In this document: piece by piece, positions 37,847 to 47,422 of the stretch
Layout of the letters: the number at the start of each line of letters is the position of its first letter
Position numbering within the stretch: position 1 is the first letter of the stretch
Source: Candidatus Acidiferrales bacterium
GTDB lineage: Bacteria; Acidobacteriota; Terriglobia; Acidiferrales; UBA7541
Length of the DNA stretch: 64,000 bases
NCBI GenBank assembly: GCA_963735825.1
Contig: CAVTMR010000020.1
Span: 499,770-563,769 of the forward strand
Reading direction: 5' to 3'
Made by a program: the position numbers and the translations under genes
Notes under the pieces: model-generated
Told to the model about the DNA's origin: nothing
Seen by the model: the letters and a program-made list of their open reading frames with translations, nothing else
Database searches by the model: none

Positions 37847-38182
37847 AATGGCACAGCTGGACTCCCTACGACGTAACTAGCTTTTCCAATTGGCCAAGCC
37901 CTCTGCGCGCTCAGAAGCCCCAAGCGCACCTGTCCCCTTCCGTGTTGCTCAACCTGACCAACACTCCAAGACCACCTCGCGCACTTGAACCTCCGCGACG
38001 TAGTAAACTCCTTACAAGGCAATCCTTTGCCGGTGCTTCCACCTATGGCGGGGCGCGTATTTTTTGGTTGTCATAGGAGCCGGGAAATGGCATTGTCACA
38101 CCGCCAGACTTCCGAGTTCTTTTAACCCACGAGATCGGACCTGCCGGCGGCAACAGTTACCCAGGTGCGCGGACGAAGGGCG

Positions 38183-38692
38183 ATGAAAAGCAGCAACGGG
38201 AAGGGAAGAAAGGCATTCAAGCACTTCCATGCGGATTTGCTTTTGAAATTAGAAATGAGGAGCAATCCCGAAGCACTATGCTTGGTGCGTGCGACGCTGG
38301 AGCGAGCGGCGGAGGCTCTGAACTTCCGTTCGGTGGAACGACGTGCCATTGTCCGGTCCGTGGATGAGGCACTTGCCAACGTGATGCGGCATGCGTACGA
38401 AGGGAAGAGCGGCCTGCCGATTGTCGTGACATTCCGGCGGCTCTACGGGCAGAATCATCCGCAGACTTGCGCCGGAATCGAAGTTTTGCTGGAAGACGAA
38501 GGAGTTGCAGTGAACCCATCAAAACTGAAGGGGCGCCCAATCGAGGACATCAGGCCGGGGGGCCTGGGGCTGCATTTCATGCGACAAGGCATGGACGAGG
38601 TGGAATTCAGCCGGAAACATGGAAAGAATCAACTTCGTATGGTGAAGTATTTGGCCCTAGCAAAGACCGAATCGGGGTCTCAAGGAGAATAG
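38183..38692 (+). CDS. RsbW/SpoIIAB-like anti-sigma serine kinase (HATPase_c_2)
   Basis: N-box ALANVMRHAY, DEGVAV (G1-like), RPGGLGLHFMRQGMD (G2). ATG 38183 lies within the GTG-initiated ORF 38165..38692. Confidence 0.85.
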   Translation: MKSSNGKGRKAFKHFHADLLLKLEMRSNPEALCLVRATLERAAEALNFRSVERRAIVRSVDEALANVMRHAYEGKSGLPIVVTFRRLYGQNHPQTCAGIEVLLEDEGVAVNPSKLKGRPIEDIRPGGLGLHFMRQGMDEVEFSRKHGKNQLRMVKYLALAKTESGSQGE

Positions 38693-38695
38693 ACC

Positions 38696-39028
38696 GTGCA
38701 GATTGCTGCCCGCGAATCACAAGGTGGAACAATTCTGGATCTCTCGGGCGATATTGACCTGGCCCATTCTCCCGCGATGCGCAAGGCGCTTCTCGGAGAG
38801 ATCAAGGAGAAACGCACGCCTAAAGTTTTCTTGAACTTGAAGAACGTCCGTTATATCGACAGTTCCGGGATTGCCTCGTTGGTAGAAGGGTTGAAGGCGT
38901 CGAGGGAGATTGGTTCAAGGCTTATTCTGTACAGTTTGAGCAACACGGTTCGCGAAGTTATGCAGCTTTCCCGCCTGCAGAAGATCTTCGAGATTTACGA
39001 AAATGAAGAGCAGGCGCTTTCCTCCTGA
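38696..39028 (+). CDS. STAS-domain protein (anti-sigma antagonist / MlaB-like)
   Basis: GTG start 3 nt after the kinase stop. TILDLSGDIDLAHSPAMRKAL..VFLNLKNVRYIDSSGIASLVEGLK..RLILYSLSNTVREVMQLSRL. Confidence 0.9.
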   Translation: MQIAARESQGGTILDLSGDIDLAHSPAMRKALLGEIKEKRTPKVFLNLKNVRYIDSSGIASLVEGLKASREIGSRLILYSLSNTVREVMQLSRLQKIFEIYENEEQALSS

Positions 39029-39067
39029 CATGCTATTATCTTCCCACTTTTAGGACAACAGGCGCTC

Positions 39068-39865
39068 GTGGACTTCCTTCAAGCAACAGGCGCGGCTTTC
39101 ATTAACGGTCTGGCGTATCTGGGGTCTCTGACGACCCTTGCCGGGCGCGCCGCGTATTTCACCTTCATTGGACCATTCCAGGGCAAACCCTTGCGCCTTC
39201 AACGCGCCATCGGGCAGGCGATGGAAACGGGCGTGCGCGCGTTGCCCATTCTTTCGCTGATTACTTTTTTCATTGGCTTGATCCTGGCTTTGCAGGCTGC
39301 CTACGAACTCCGGCGCTTCGGTGCGATGAGTTATGTGGCCAGCGCCGTAGCACTTTCTATGACGCGTGAACTCGGGCCATTGATTACGGCTGTGATTGTG
39401 ATTGGCCGGTCCGGTTCCGCATTTGCCGCCGAACTGGGAACGATGAAAGTCACCGAAGAGATTGACGCGCTGGAGACCATGGCGATCAACCCCGTCAGTT
39501 TTCTCGTTGCCCCGAAATTCATGGCCATGGTTCTGATGCTGCCATGCCTGACGATTTGGGCAAACTTCATGGGTATCCTCGGCGGGTCGTTGTTTGGTGT
39601 GCTTCAGGCGGATTTCACGTTCCAGACATACATTACTGCCTCGCTGGATGCGCTGTTTCTGCGCGACGTCGTCACCGGGTTGATCAAAAGCTTCATGTTC
39701 GGAATTACCATCACGGCGGTGGGTTGCCATGAAGGCCTGGCCACCGGAGGTGGCGCGGAGCAAGTGGGCCGTTCAACTACGCGAGCAGTGGTGATGTCGA
39801 TCTTTCTTGTGATTCTGGTGGACCTGGTCTTTACCATGTTGTTCTACTTTTTGGGAGAACACTAA
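39068..39865 (+). CDS. mlaE: MlaE-family ABC permease
   Basis: GPLITAVIVIGRSGSAFAAELGTMKVTEEIDALETMAINP; multi-TM. Confidence 0.93.
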   Translation: MDFLQATGAAFINGLAYLGSLTTLAGRAAYFTFIGPFQGKPLRLQRAIGQAMETGVRALPILSLITFFIGLILALQAAYELRRFGAMSYVASAVALSMTRELGPLITAVIVIGRSGSAFAAELGTMKVTEEIDALETMAINPVSFLVAPKFMAMVLMLPCLTIWANFMGILGGSLFGVLQADFTFQTYITASLDALFLRDVVTGLIKSFMFGITITAVGCHEGLATGGGAEQVGRSTTRAVVMSIFLVILVDLVFTMLFYFLGEH

Positions 39866-39870
39866 GCCGT

Positions 39871-40737
39871 ATGCCGGAACAATTCGAACGGTCTGACGAA
39901 GAGCAGGTCCCCGATGGTCCAATGATCTCTCTGCGCGATTTGCGCGTCAGTTACGACGGCCGGGAGATCCTCCATGGAATCAACTTTGATGTGCAACGTG
40001 GGGAGACGCTCGTGATTCTGGGTGGCTCGGGCTCGGGAAAGAGCACCTTGTTGCGCACTCTGGTCGGTTTGGAAATACCCAGTTCCGGGGAAGTGTGGAT
40101 TCGAGGCAAGAACTTTGTGGCAATTTCCGACGCCGAACGGGATGAAATTCGCAAGAAGCTGGGAATGTCGTTTCAAGGCGGAGCGTTATTCGGGTCGATG
40201 ACCGTCGGAGAAAACGTAGCGCTTCCCCTACGTGAACATACGAAGCTGGAAGAACCCACGGTTGAGATCATGGTGCGACTGAAGTTGGACCAGGTAGGTT
40301 TGTCGGGATTTGAAGACTTTTTGCCCTCGCAGTTAAGCGGCGGCATGAAAAAGCGCGCTGCCGTCGCGCGTGCGCTGGCCATGGATCCCGAGATCCTCTT
40401 TTTCGACGAGCCGTCGGCGGGGCTCGATCCGATCATCGCCGCCGGCATCGATCAGCTGATTCTGGAGTTGAAAAAGGCCTTCCACATGACGATTATCGTC
40501 GTCACCCACGAACTGGCCAGCGCTTTTCTGATCGCCGATCGAATGGTGCTGATCAATAAGGGAGATTTGGTGGCAAGCGGCACAGTTGCCGAGATACGAA
40601 ACAGCAAGCATCCCAGGGTGCGGCAGTTCCTGGATCGTGTCCCTGAACCCGCGGTGGCGCAAGAACTCGATTATTTGCAGATGCTGACGGAGCCCTCATC
40701 GAAAGCAGGCGAGGGACGACAGGGGAAGAGCAGGTAA
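39871..40737 (+). CDS. mlaF: MlaF-type ABC ATP-binding protein with C-terminal extension
   Basis: GGSGSGKST, LSGGMKKRAAVARAL, ILFFDEP, VVTHEL; about 40-aa tail after the ABC core. Confidence 0.93.
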   Translation: MPEQFERSDEEQVPDGPMISLRDLRVSYDGREILHGINFDVQRGETLVILGGSGSGKSTLLRTLVGLEIPSSGEVWIRGKNFVAISDAERDEIRKKLGMSFQGGALFGSMTVGENVALPLREHTKLEEPTVEIMVRLKLDQVGLSGFEDFLPSQLSGGMKKRAAVARALAMDPEILFFDEPSAGLDPIIAAGIDQLILELKKAFHMTIIVVTHELASAFLIADRMVLINKGDLVASGTVAEIRNSKHPRVRQFLDRVPEPAVAQELDYLQMLTEPSSKAGEGRQGKSR

Positions 40738-40739
40738 AG

Positions 40740-41708
40740 ATGGAATCAAAACGCGAACAGGTGTGGGTCGGTCTGTTTGTCATTGTTGCGGCCACGCTAT
40801 TGATCGTGACCGTGTTTGTGCTTACCGGCGCGTTCGCTGGATCCGCAAAGACCTTTCGTGCGCGGTTTCACAACGTCGCCGGATTGGAACCCGGAGCCAC
40901 TGTTCGCTATGCGGGCGGTCCGAAGATTGGCCGCGTGGAGAAGGTCGAAATTGATCCGAATGATCCTGCGCTCATGGACATGCAATTCAGCGTTAAAAGC
41001 AATCTCCCGGTCAAGACAGACAGCCACGTAGCAATTCTCAGCTTCAGCCCGCTCGGCGACAATCACCTGGAAATCAAGGCGGGCTCTCCCGGCGCACCAC
41101 AGGCAGCTTCCGGATCTTTTCTGCCCTCTGACCCGTACGTGGGATTCAATGACCTGACGGCACAAATCAACCAGCTGGCACCCCAGGCGAAGGAATTGCT
41201 AACGAACCTTAACGACCGGGTGGTCCAGTTGAAGATTACTGTTGACCGGATTAACGACCTCCTGAACGATCGAAATCGTGAAAATGTGTCTGCCTCTTTG
41301 GCTGAATTGCATGGCATGTTGGCCGAGAACCGACCCGAGATCCGCAGTACTCTCAAGAACGTAAACGCGGCGAGCGCGAAAATAGGACCGCTATTGGATC
41401 AACTTCACACAACTATCGATCAGACCCAAGGAACACTGAAAAGAGTGGATGGCTTGATCGACGAGAACCGAGAAGATGTTCGCGCGTCGGTCATAAAGCT
41501 GCGGCAGTCGCTGGAAAATATTTCCGAGCTGACGGCACAGCTGCAGCAGATGTTGGACAATAACGATGAGAACATCAATCAGGTTATGAACAATTTACGG
41601 ATCATTACGGAGAATCTGAAAGTCTTCAGCTACACAATCAAAACGCATCCCTCGAGTTTGATTGTTCCGAACAATGCGCGAGATCGTAAGCCGGGAGAGA
41701 AGCCATGA
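40740..41708 (+). CDS. mlaD: MlaD/MCE-domain protein
   Basis: TM anchor VWVGLFVIVAATLLIV, MCE core GLEPGATVRYAGGPKIGRVEKVEI, long coiled C-terminus. Confidence 0.9.
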   Translation: MESKREQVWVGLFVIVAATLLIVTVFVLTGAFAGSAKTFRARFHNVAGLEPGATVRYAGGPKIGRVEKVEIDPNDPALMDMQFSVKSNLPVKTDSHVAILSFSPLGDNHLEIKAGSPGAPQAASGSFLPSDPYVGFNDLTAQINQLAPQAKELLTNLNDRVVQLKITVDRINDLLNDRNRENVSASLAELHGMLAENRPEIRSTLKNVNAASAKIGPLLDQLHTTIDQTQGTLKRVDGLIDENREDVRASVIKLRQSLENISELTAQLQQMLDNNDENINQVMNNLRIITENLKVFSYTIKTHPSSLIVPNNARDRKPGEKP

Positions 41709-42376
41709 GAATCGTATCATTCCGGACCGGTAGGACACGTAGCTTGGCGCTGGCCGCGCCTTGCGCCTCACTTTGGTCGGCCAGTGCATTGTCGATTCTC
41801 GCAGTCGTATTCTTTGTAGTCGGATGCGGCGGTGCCAGGCCAATAAAGTACTACCAGCTGAGCTATCCAACCACTGCGCCCCCTCCCTCCCCTGATGCGA
41901 TAAACACTACCCTCATGGTCAGATCGTTCGAGGCGTCGCATCTTTATCTTGGTGACCAGATTGTTTATGGGTTCGATTCCCCAGAAATGGGGGTGTATCA
42001 AACTCAACGGTGGGCCGAGCCGCCGGTGGAAATGCTTCAGGACGCACTGGTTCGCGGGTTGCGCTCGACGGGCAGATTTCGCGCCGTCTACACGATACGG
42101 GCCGAAACCGGTAGTCAGTACATCCTGGCAGGCCATCTGTATGACTTTAAGGAAGTAGACGGAAGCACGATTGTGGCTCGGCTAAACTACGCGGTCCGCT
42201 TGCGGGACCGCAAGACGGGAACGACAGTCTGGACGCACATGTACACCCATGATGAGCCGGCATCGGAGAAGAGTGTCGCGGCGGTGGCCACCGCGATGGA
42301 CAAGAATGTGCAACGCAGCGTACAGGAAGTGCAAGCGGGACTCGAAGATTATTTTCGAGCGAATCCACCGAAGTAG
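41705..42376 (+). CDS. ABC-transport auxiliary lipoprotein (DUF330/PqiC-like)
   Basis: 4-nt overlap with the MCE gene; lipobox FFVVGC; size and position as in MCE operons. Confidence 0.75.
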   Translation: MRIVSFRTGRTRSLALAAPCASLWSASALSILAVVFFVVGCGGARPIKYYQLSYPTTAPPPSPDAINTTLMVRSFEASHLYLGDQIVYGFDSPEMGVYQTQRWAEPPVEMLQDALVRGLRSTGRFRAVYTIRAETGSQYILAGHLYDFKEVDGSTIVARLNYAVRLRDRKTGTTVWTHMYTHDEPASEKSVAAVATAMDKNVQRSVQEVQAGLEDYFRANPPK

Positions 42377-42930
42377 ATCTGCGTCCCAGCTGACTGCTGA
42401 AATTCTCATCTGTCCCGTTGCGTTTTGCAGCAAGGCGTCGCTTAACCATAACGTTCGTGTTTTGTTAAACTTGCGCGCATACTCACAGAGTCTGCCCCGA
42501 GGGCGTGTTGCGAAAGCCAACCATTGCCTGTTTCGGATTGCCCCGGATCGCCTTTAATCCTGCGCCACAGAATCCTCTTTTCCCTCGCTCCATCAAGCAC
42601 TTACTATAGCTGGTAACCTCGCTCCCTTCACCCTTTGCCATCGTGCCTGCCTTTAAGCAGTCTAGAAAATGCGTCGAGATGAAATCCGGGAGGCAGGCCA
42701 TGACATATGATTTTGATGCTTTCGATGTTCGTCGTTTTCCTCACCATCGACTATTGAATACGCAACGGGGAAAGTGACGGCAACGCGGATTTGAGCCAGA
42801 AATCGGCGGTATCACCAGGGCATACTTGGGCGTTGCAGGAAAGCCCGACGCTTGTACGCGTGGGGATTGACGATTTTGGGGTCTTCTGCCGGGTAACCGT
42901 GACGAGTCGTTCGGCTGGCGTCGCACGCGG

Positions 42931-45900
42931 CTAGACTGAGGGTTCAGGGATGACGGCGGGCTTCTTCCGACGCACCAGCGAGCGGACAACGACGTAAAGC
43001 ATCGGGATAAACAAAAGATTCAGAGTCGTTGCGGCGATCATTCCGCCGAAAACCGTGGTGCCCACAGACACGCGTCCTGCGGCACCTGCGCCTTGAGCGA
43101 TCACGAGAGGCACTACGCCGAGAATAAACGCCAGCGAGGTCATCAGGATGGGGCGCAACCGGATGCGAGCCGCTTCCACCGCCGCGTCCAGCGGGGTCAG
43201 CCCCTGCTCTTGAAGTTGTTCAGCAAACTCCACGATAAGAATGGCATTCTTGCTCGCCAACCCAATCAGCATCACCAGTCCGATCTGGCAATACACGTCA
43301 TTCGTCAGCGCGCGTAATTTCACCGCCGCCAGGGCCCCCAGCAACGCAACGGGCACGCCCAACAGCACGATGAAGGGCAGCACATAGCTTTCATACTGCG
43401 CGGCCAGCGTGAGGTAAACGAATACCATGCCCAAGCCGAACAGAATGACCGCTTTTCCCGCAGATTGGATTTCTTCCAGCGACAGGCCGCTCCATTCGAA
43501 CGTCATACCCTGCGGCAGGACTTTCTTCGCAATTCCTTCCATGGCCGCGAGGGCTTGGCCTGAACTCACGCTGGTCGCCGCGGAACCATTGATTTCGGCC
43601 GAGCGGAACAGATTGTAATGCGTGATGACCTGCGGATTCGCTTCCTGCTTGATCTCCACAACATTGTCGAGGGGAATCATCTTGCCCGTGTCAGATCTGA
43701 GGTAATACGTGCGGATGTCTTTTGCTTCCGAACGGAATTTCTGGTCGGCTTGCAGGTATACGCGGTAAGAGCGATTGTTAAAATCGAAGTCATTTACGTA
43801 CACCGAGCCCATGAACACCTGCAACGCGTCGGTGATCTGGCTAAGCGGGATCTGCAAGCTCTTAGCCTTTTCGCGGTCGATTTTCACCAGATACTGTGGG
43901 TCATTCGCGGTAAAGCTGGTGAACAATCCGGTCACCAGGTCGCTCTGGTTCCCCGAAGCCACCATTTGATTGGCGGTATTGGCTAGCGTTTGTAGCGTGT
44001 TTCGTCCCAGGTCTTCAAGTTCGAAGGTGAAGCCGCCGAATTGGCCCAGTCCTTCCACCGCCGGGGGATTGAAGGGCACAGCGACTCCCTCGGGAATACT
44101 CATCAGAGGGCCGCGCAGCTTCTCGACAACCGCGAAGCTGGAATGCTCCCGCCCCTTGCGATCTTTGAATTCCTCCAAATTGAGGAACATGAGTGCGCGG
44201 TTCGGGGCGTTTCCCGCGAAACTGAATCCCACGATGGTGAAGGCACCGTTGATCTCGGGCACGTGAGAAATCACCTCTTCCACCTTTGCGCAAACTTGCT
44301 GCGTGTACTGCAGGGACGCGCCCTGAGGTGTTTGCACGGCCACAATCAGATATCCTTGGTCATCTTCTGGAATGAATCCCTGGGGGATTTTCGCGTAGAG
44401 CAGATACGCGCAACCAAGCACTCCCAGGAACAATAACAGCGATACATATTTCCATTCCACGACGACGTGTACGACTTTGCGATAGGAATCTCTTACAGCA
44501 TCAAAAGCCCGGTTGAATGCCCGGAAAAAAGCACCTTGCGCTCGTTCGCGGTGGTGCCCCAGGAAAACGGCCGAGAGGGCGGGCGTCAGCGTCAAGGCGT
44601 TGAACGCGGAGATCGACACAGAGAAAGCGATCGTCAGCGCAAATTGCCGGAAAAGGATTCCCGTGGTTCCGGGGAAAAGCGCGACCGGCACGAACACCGA
44701 CACCAGCACGAGGGAAGTTGCGATCACCGCGCCTGCAACCTCTTTCATCGCCACACTGGCGGCGTTGTGTGGCTCCGTGATTCCCTCGACAATGTGCCGT
44801 TCCACATTTTCAATCACCACGATGGCGTCATCGACTACGAGGCCAGTCGCCAGCGTGATTCCAAATAGTGTCAGCGTGTTGATCGAAAATCCCAGCACCT
44901 TTACGAAAATGAACGTGCCGATCAGCGACACCGGAATAGTTACCGCCGGAATAAACGTGCTTCTCCAATCCTGCAAAAACAGGAAGATGACCAGGATAAC
45001 GAGTCCGATGGCTTCAAGCAGGGTGAACAGCACTTCGCGAATGGACTCGCCGATCACCGTAGTGGTGTCAAACGCCACGGCGTACTTGAGTCCGGGCGGA
45101 AAATTCTTGGACAAGCGAGCCAGTTCGGCCTTGGCGGCCTTGTCCACGTCGAGTGCGTTGGCCCCGGGAAGTTGCGTGACGCCAACGCCGACAGCGTCGT
45201 GTCCATTGAATCTCAGGATGGAGCCATAATCCTCAGCCCCCAGTTCGGCACGGCCCACGTCCTTGATGCGTACCAGTGTTCCGTCCGTTCCCGTTTTCAG
45301 AATGATGTTTTCGAATTCGCTCGGCTCCGTCAGACGGCCAATGGCGCGTACACTGATTTGATACGACTGACCGCGATTCGATGGCGGTTGGCCTACCTGT
45401 CCCGAAGCGACCTGGACATTTTGCTCCATAAGCGCATTGAGAACCGTCGTGGCGGTCAGACCGCGTTGGGCCAGGCGAGATGGGTCCAGCCAAAGGCGCA
45501 TCGCATATTTGCGCTCGCCAAAAATGAAGACGTCGCCGACGCCCTTGACGCGCTTCATTGCATCCCTGACGTAGACATCCAGATAGTTGCTCAGGAACAG
45601 ACTGTCGTACTGGCCGCCCTCCGAATAAACGCCCGCGCCAAACACAAAACCCGCTGCCTGCTTGGTAATAATGACGCCCGTGTTCTTCACAGCGTTCGGC
45701 AATCGTCCCAAAGCCTGGCTGACCCGGTTCTGCACATCGACGGAAGCGAGGTCGACGTCGCGGGTCACATCGAAAGTGACAGTGATCTGGCTGGTACCAT
45801 CGTTCCCGCTCGAGGAAGAAATGTACTTCATTCCGGGCACGCCGTTGATCGCTTGCTCCAGTGGAATAGTGACCGCGGATTCCACCGCCTGCGCGTTTGC

Positions 45901-46056
45901 GCCGATGTACCCGCTGGAAACCACAACTTGTGGCGGGGCCAACTGAGGAAATTGCGCGATGGGCAGAGAGGGAATCGCAATCGCTCCGCCGAGAATAATC
46001 AGCAGGGCGCAAACGGTCGCGAACACCGGCCTTTGGATGAAAAAATCAACAAACAA
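42931..46056 (-). CDS. RND efflux transporter permease (AcrB/HAE1-type)
   Basis: 1041 aa, 12-TM architecture, MFVDFFIQRPVFATV.., LVVDDAIVVIENVERH, GLASKNAILIVEFA. Confidence 0.96.
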   Translation of the reverse strand: MFVDFFIQRPVFATVCALLIILGGAIAIPSLPIAQFPQLAPPQVVVSSGYIGANAQAVESAVTIPLEQAINGVPGMKYISSSSGNDGTSQITVTFDVTRDVDLASVDVQNRVSQALGRLPNAVKNTGVIITKQAAGFVFGAGVYSEGGQYDSLFLSNYLDVYVRDAMKRVKGVGDVFIFGERKYAMRLWLDPSRLAQRGLTATTVLNALMEQNVQVASGQVGQPPSNRGQSYQISVRAIGRLTEPSEFENIILKTGTDGTLVRIKDVGRAELGAEDYGSILRFNGHDAVGVGVTQLPGANALDVDKAAKAELARLSKNFPPGLKYAVAFDTTTVIGESIREVLFTLLEAIGLVILVIFLFLQDWRSTFIPAVTIPVSLIGTFIFVKVLGFSINTLTLFGITLATGLVVDDAIVVIENVERHIVEGITEPHNAASVAMKEVAGAVIATSLVLVSVFVPVALFPGTTGILFRQFALTIAFSVSISAFNALTLTPALSAVFLGHHRERAQGAFFRAFNRAFDAVRDSYRKVVHVVVEWKYVSLLLFLGVLGCAYLLYAKIPQGFIPEDDQGYLIVAVQTPQGASLQYTQQVCAKVEEVISHVPEINGAFTIVGFSFAGNAPNRALMFLNLEEFKDRKGREHSSFAVVEKLRGPLMSIPEGVAVPFNPPAVEGLGQFGGFTFELEDLGRNTLQTLANTANQMVASGNQSDLVTGLFTSFTANDPQYLVKIDREKAKSLQIPLSQITDALQVFMGSVYVNDFDFNNRSYRVYLQADQKFRSEAKDIRTYYLRSDTGKMIPLDNVVEIKQEANPQVITHYNLFRSAEINGSAATSVSSGQALAAMEGIAKKVLPQGMTFEWSGLSLEEIQSAGKAVILFGLGMVFVYLTLAAQYESYVLPFIVLLGVPVALLGALAAVKLRALTNDVYCQIGLVMLIGLASKNAILIVEFAEQLQEQGLTPLDAAVEAARIRLRPILMTSLAFILGVVPLVIAQGAGAAGRVSVGTTVFGGMIAATTLNLLFIPMLYVVVRSLVRRKKPAVIPEPSV

Positions 46057-46113
46057 CTCAGCTCACCATCTCCTGAAGAATCGTGCTATGTTGTTGCCGA
46101 AACGGTGTTGGAA

Positions 46114-47301
46114 CTAGTTGCTCTTTGCACCCGCATTTTTTTCGCTCTCTCCGGGTTTTCCAGCTTCCTTGAATTGCTCGATGACCGGCGCGCCATCTTG
46201 TAGAAATTGCGTACCTGAAACGATGACGTGGTCGCCAGGTTGCACTCCTTCGAGCACGGCATAATTATTTCCGACGATTTCGCCGAGTTTCACAGCCCGT
46301 TGCCGCGCGACGGTGCCTTTTGCATCTTTTACCGCGACGAACAGGAAATACTCGCCGCTGATTCGTTGCACCGCGAGCACCGGAACAACCGGACCATTGC
46401 GCGTGCCCCAGGCAACCTGTGCCCGCACCTGTTGGGAAATTCGTAATTTGGTATTGGAGTTGCCGACTGCGGCCTTCGCCAACACGGTCTGGGTGTCGGT
46501 GTCGACTTGCGGAGAAACGAAGGTAATTTCCGATTGCGTCAGCACCGCACCGGATTCATCGAGCAGCTTCACCGGCAGACCGAGGCGCAAGTCTTTGGAT
46601 CTGCTTGCCGGCACATAGATGTACGCCTCCAAAGCGCCGGGCACGTCCACGGTGGTCAGGAGCGTCGTGACACCCACTCGGTCACCTACGCGTACTGGAA
46701 TATCCCCAACGATGCCCTCCATCGGCGCACTCACCTGGTAATAGCGGAGCTCCACTTGTTGCTGTTGCACTTGATGCTCCAGCGATTTCAGCTGCGCAAC
46801 TGCCGTTTCATAGTTGGTTTGCGCGTTATCGAAGTCTGCCTTGCTGATAACTCCGGCCGCTTGCAACTTCACCGCGCGGTCCAGATTCACTTTCGCCAAA
46901 CGCACATTGGCTTCCTGTGCAAGACGCGCCGCTTCCTGGCTGTTAACTGTGGCTTCCTGCTTGAGCGGGTCGATTTGCAGAAGGGGTGTCCCGGCGGTCA
47001 CGCGATCGCCGGACTTCACGAAGATCTTGGTCACTTGCCCTTCCACCTGCGGATTGATGGTTGCGGAATGCCGCGATTTCAAAATGGCCAGGTACTCGGT
47101 CGAATCCGTCAGCTTCTGCGATTCCACCACGAGCACCTGCACTGGTGTAGCGGGTGGCGCAGCCGCTCCACCATCCCGGCCTTTTTCGCCGCAGCCAGTC
47201 AGACCAGCAGAGGCATAAAGGGCCGCCAGCACCAGCACGTATCGGGGCAAAAGGGAGGACTCGATAAGGGTCTGTGAATTACAACAAGAATGAGTCCGCA
47301 T
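46114..47301 (-). CDS. RND efflux periplasmic adaptor (membrane fusion protein)
   Basis: Lipobox AGLTGC; alpha-hairpin (AQLKSLEHQVQQQQVELRYY), lipoyl and beta-barrel segments. Directly upstream of the RND pump. Confidence 0.92.
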   Translation of the reverse strand: MRTHSCCNSQTLIESSLLPRYVLVLAALYASAGLTGCGEKGRDGGAAAPPATPVQVLVVESQKLTDSTEYLAILKSRHSATINPQVEGQVTKIFVKSGDRVTAGTPLLQIDPLKQEATVNSQEAARLAQEANVRLAKVNLDRAVKLQAAGVISKADFDNAQTNYETAVAQLKSLEHQVQQQQVELRYYQVSAPMEGIVGDIPVRVGDRVGVTTLLTTVDVPGALEAYIYVPASRSKDLRLGLPVKLLDESGAVLTQSEITFVSPQVDTDTQTVLAKAAVGNSNTKLRISQQVRAQVAWGTRNGPVVPVLAVQRISGEYFLFVAVKDAKGTVARQRAVKLGEIVGNNYAVLEGVQPGDHVIVSGTQFLQDGAPVIEQFKEAGKPGESEKNAGAKSN

Positions 47302-47422
47302 ATTCTTTTGGATTGCTCTCTGGAACCCTTAATAGTACGCCAAGCGGCACCACTTCCGCATGGGAAACCTGAAAGCTATTTGGACGCGGATCGTGGCGAT
47401 CAGTTTCGTGAGAGAAACTGGC

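Noticed and set aside
42483-42701. 72-aa minus-strand ORF in the Mla-RND intergenic tail.
   Set aside because: It has no RBS, odd composition and no motif. It is left as non-coding.
45172-46203. Long antisense or alternative-frame ORFs inside confident genes. Other examples: 2057..2683, 5610..6536, 13234..13872, 46507..47277, 56915..58015, 59100..60053, 60397..61335.
   Set aside because: These are typical high-GC shadow ORFs. They are Arg/Gly/His-rich, carry no motifs, and each is fully contained in a gene with strong family signatures on the other strand or frame.
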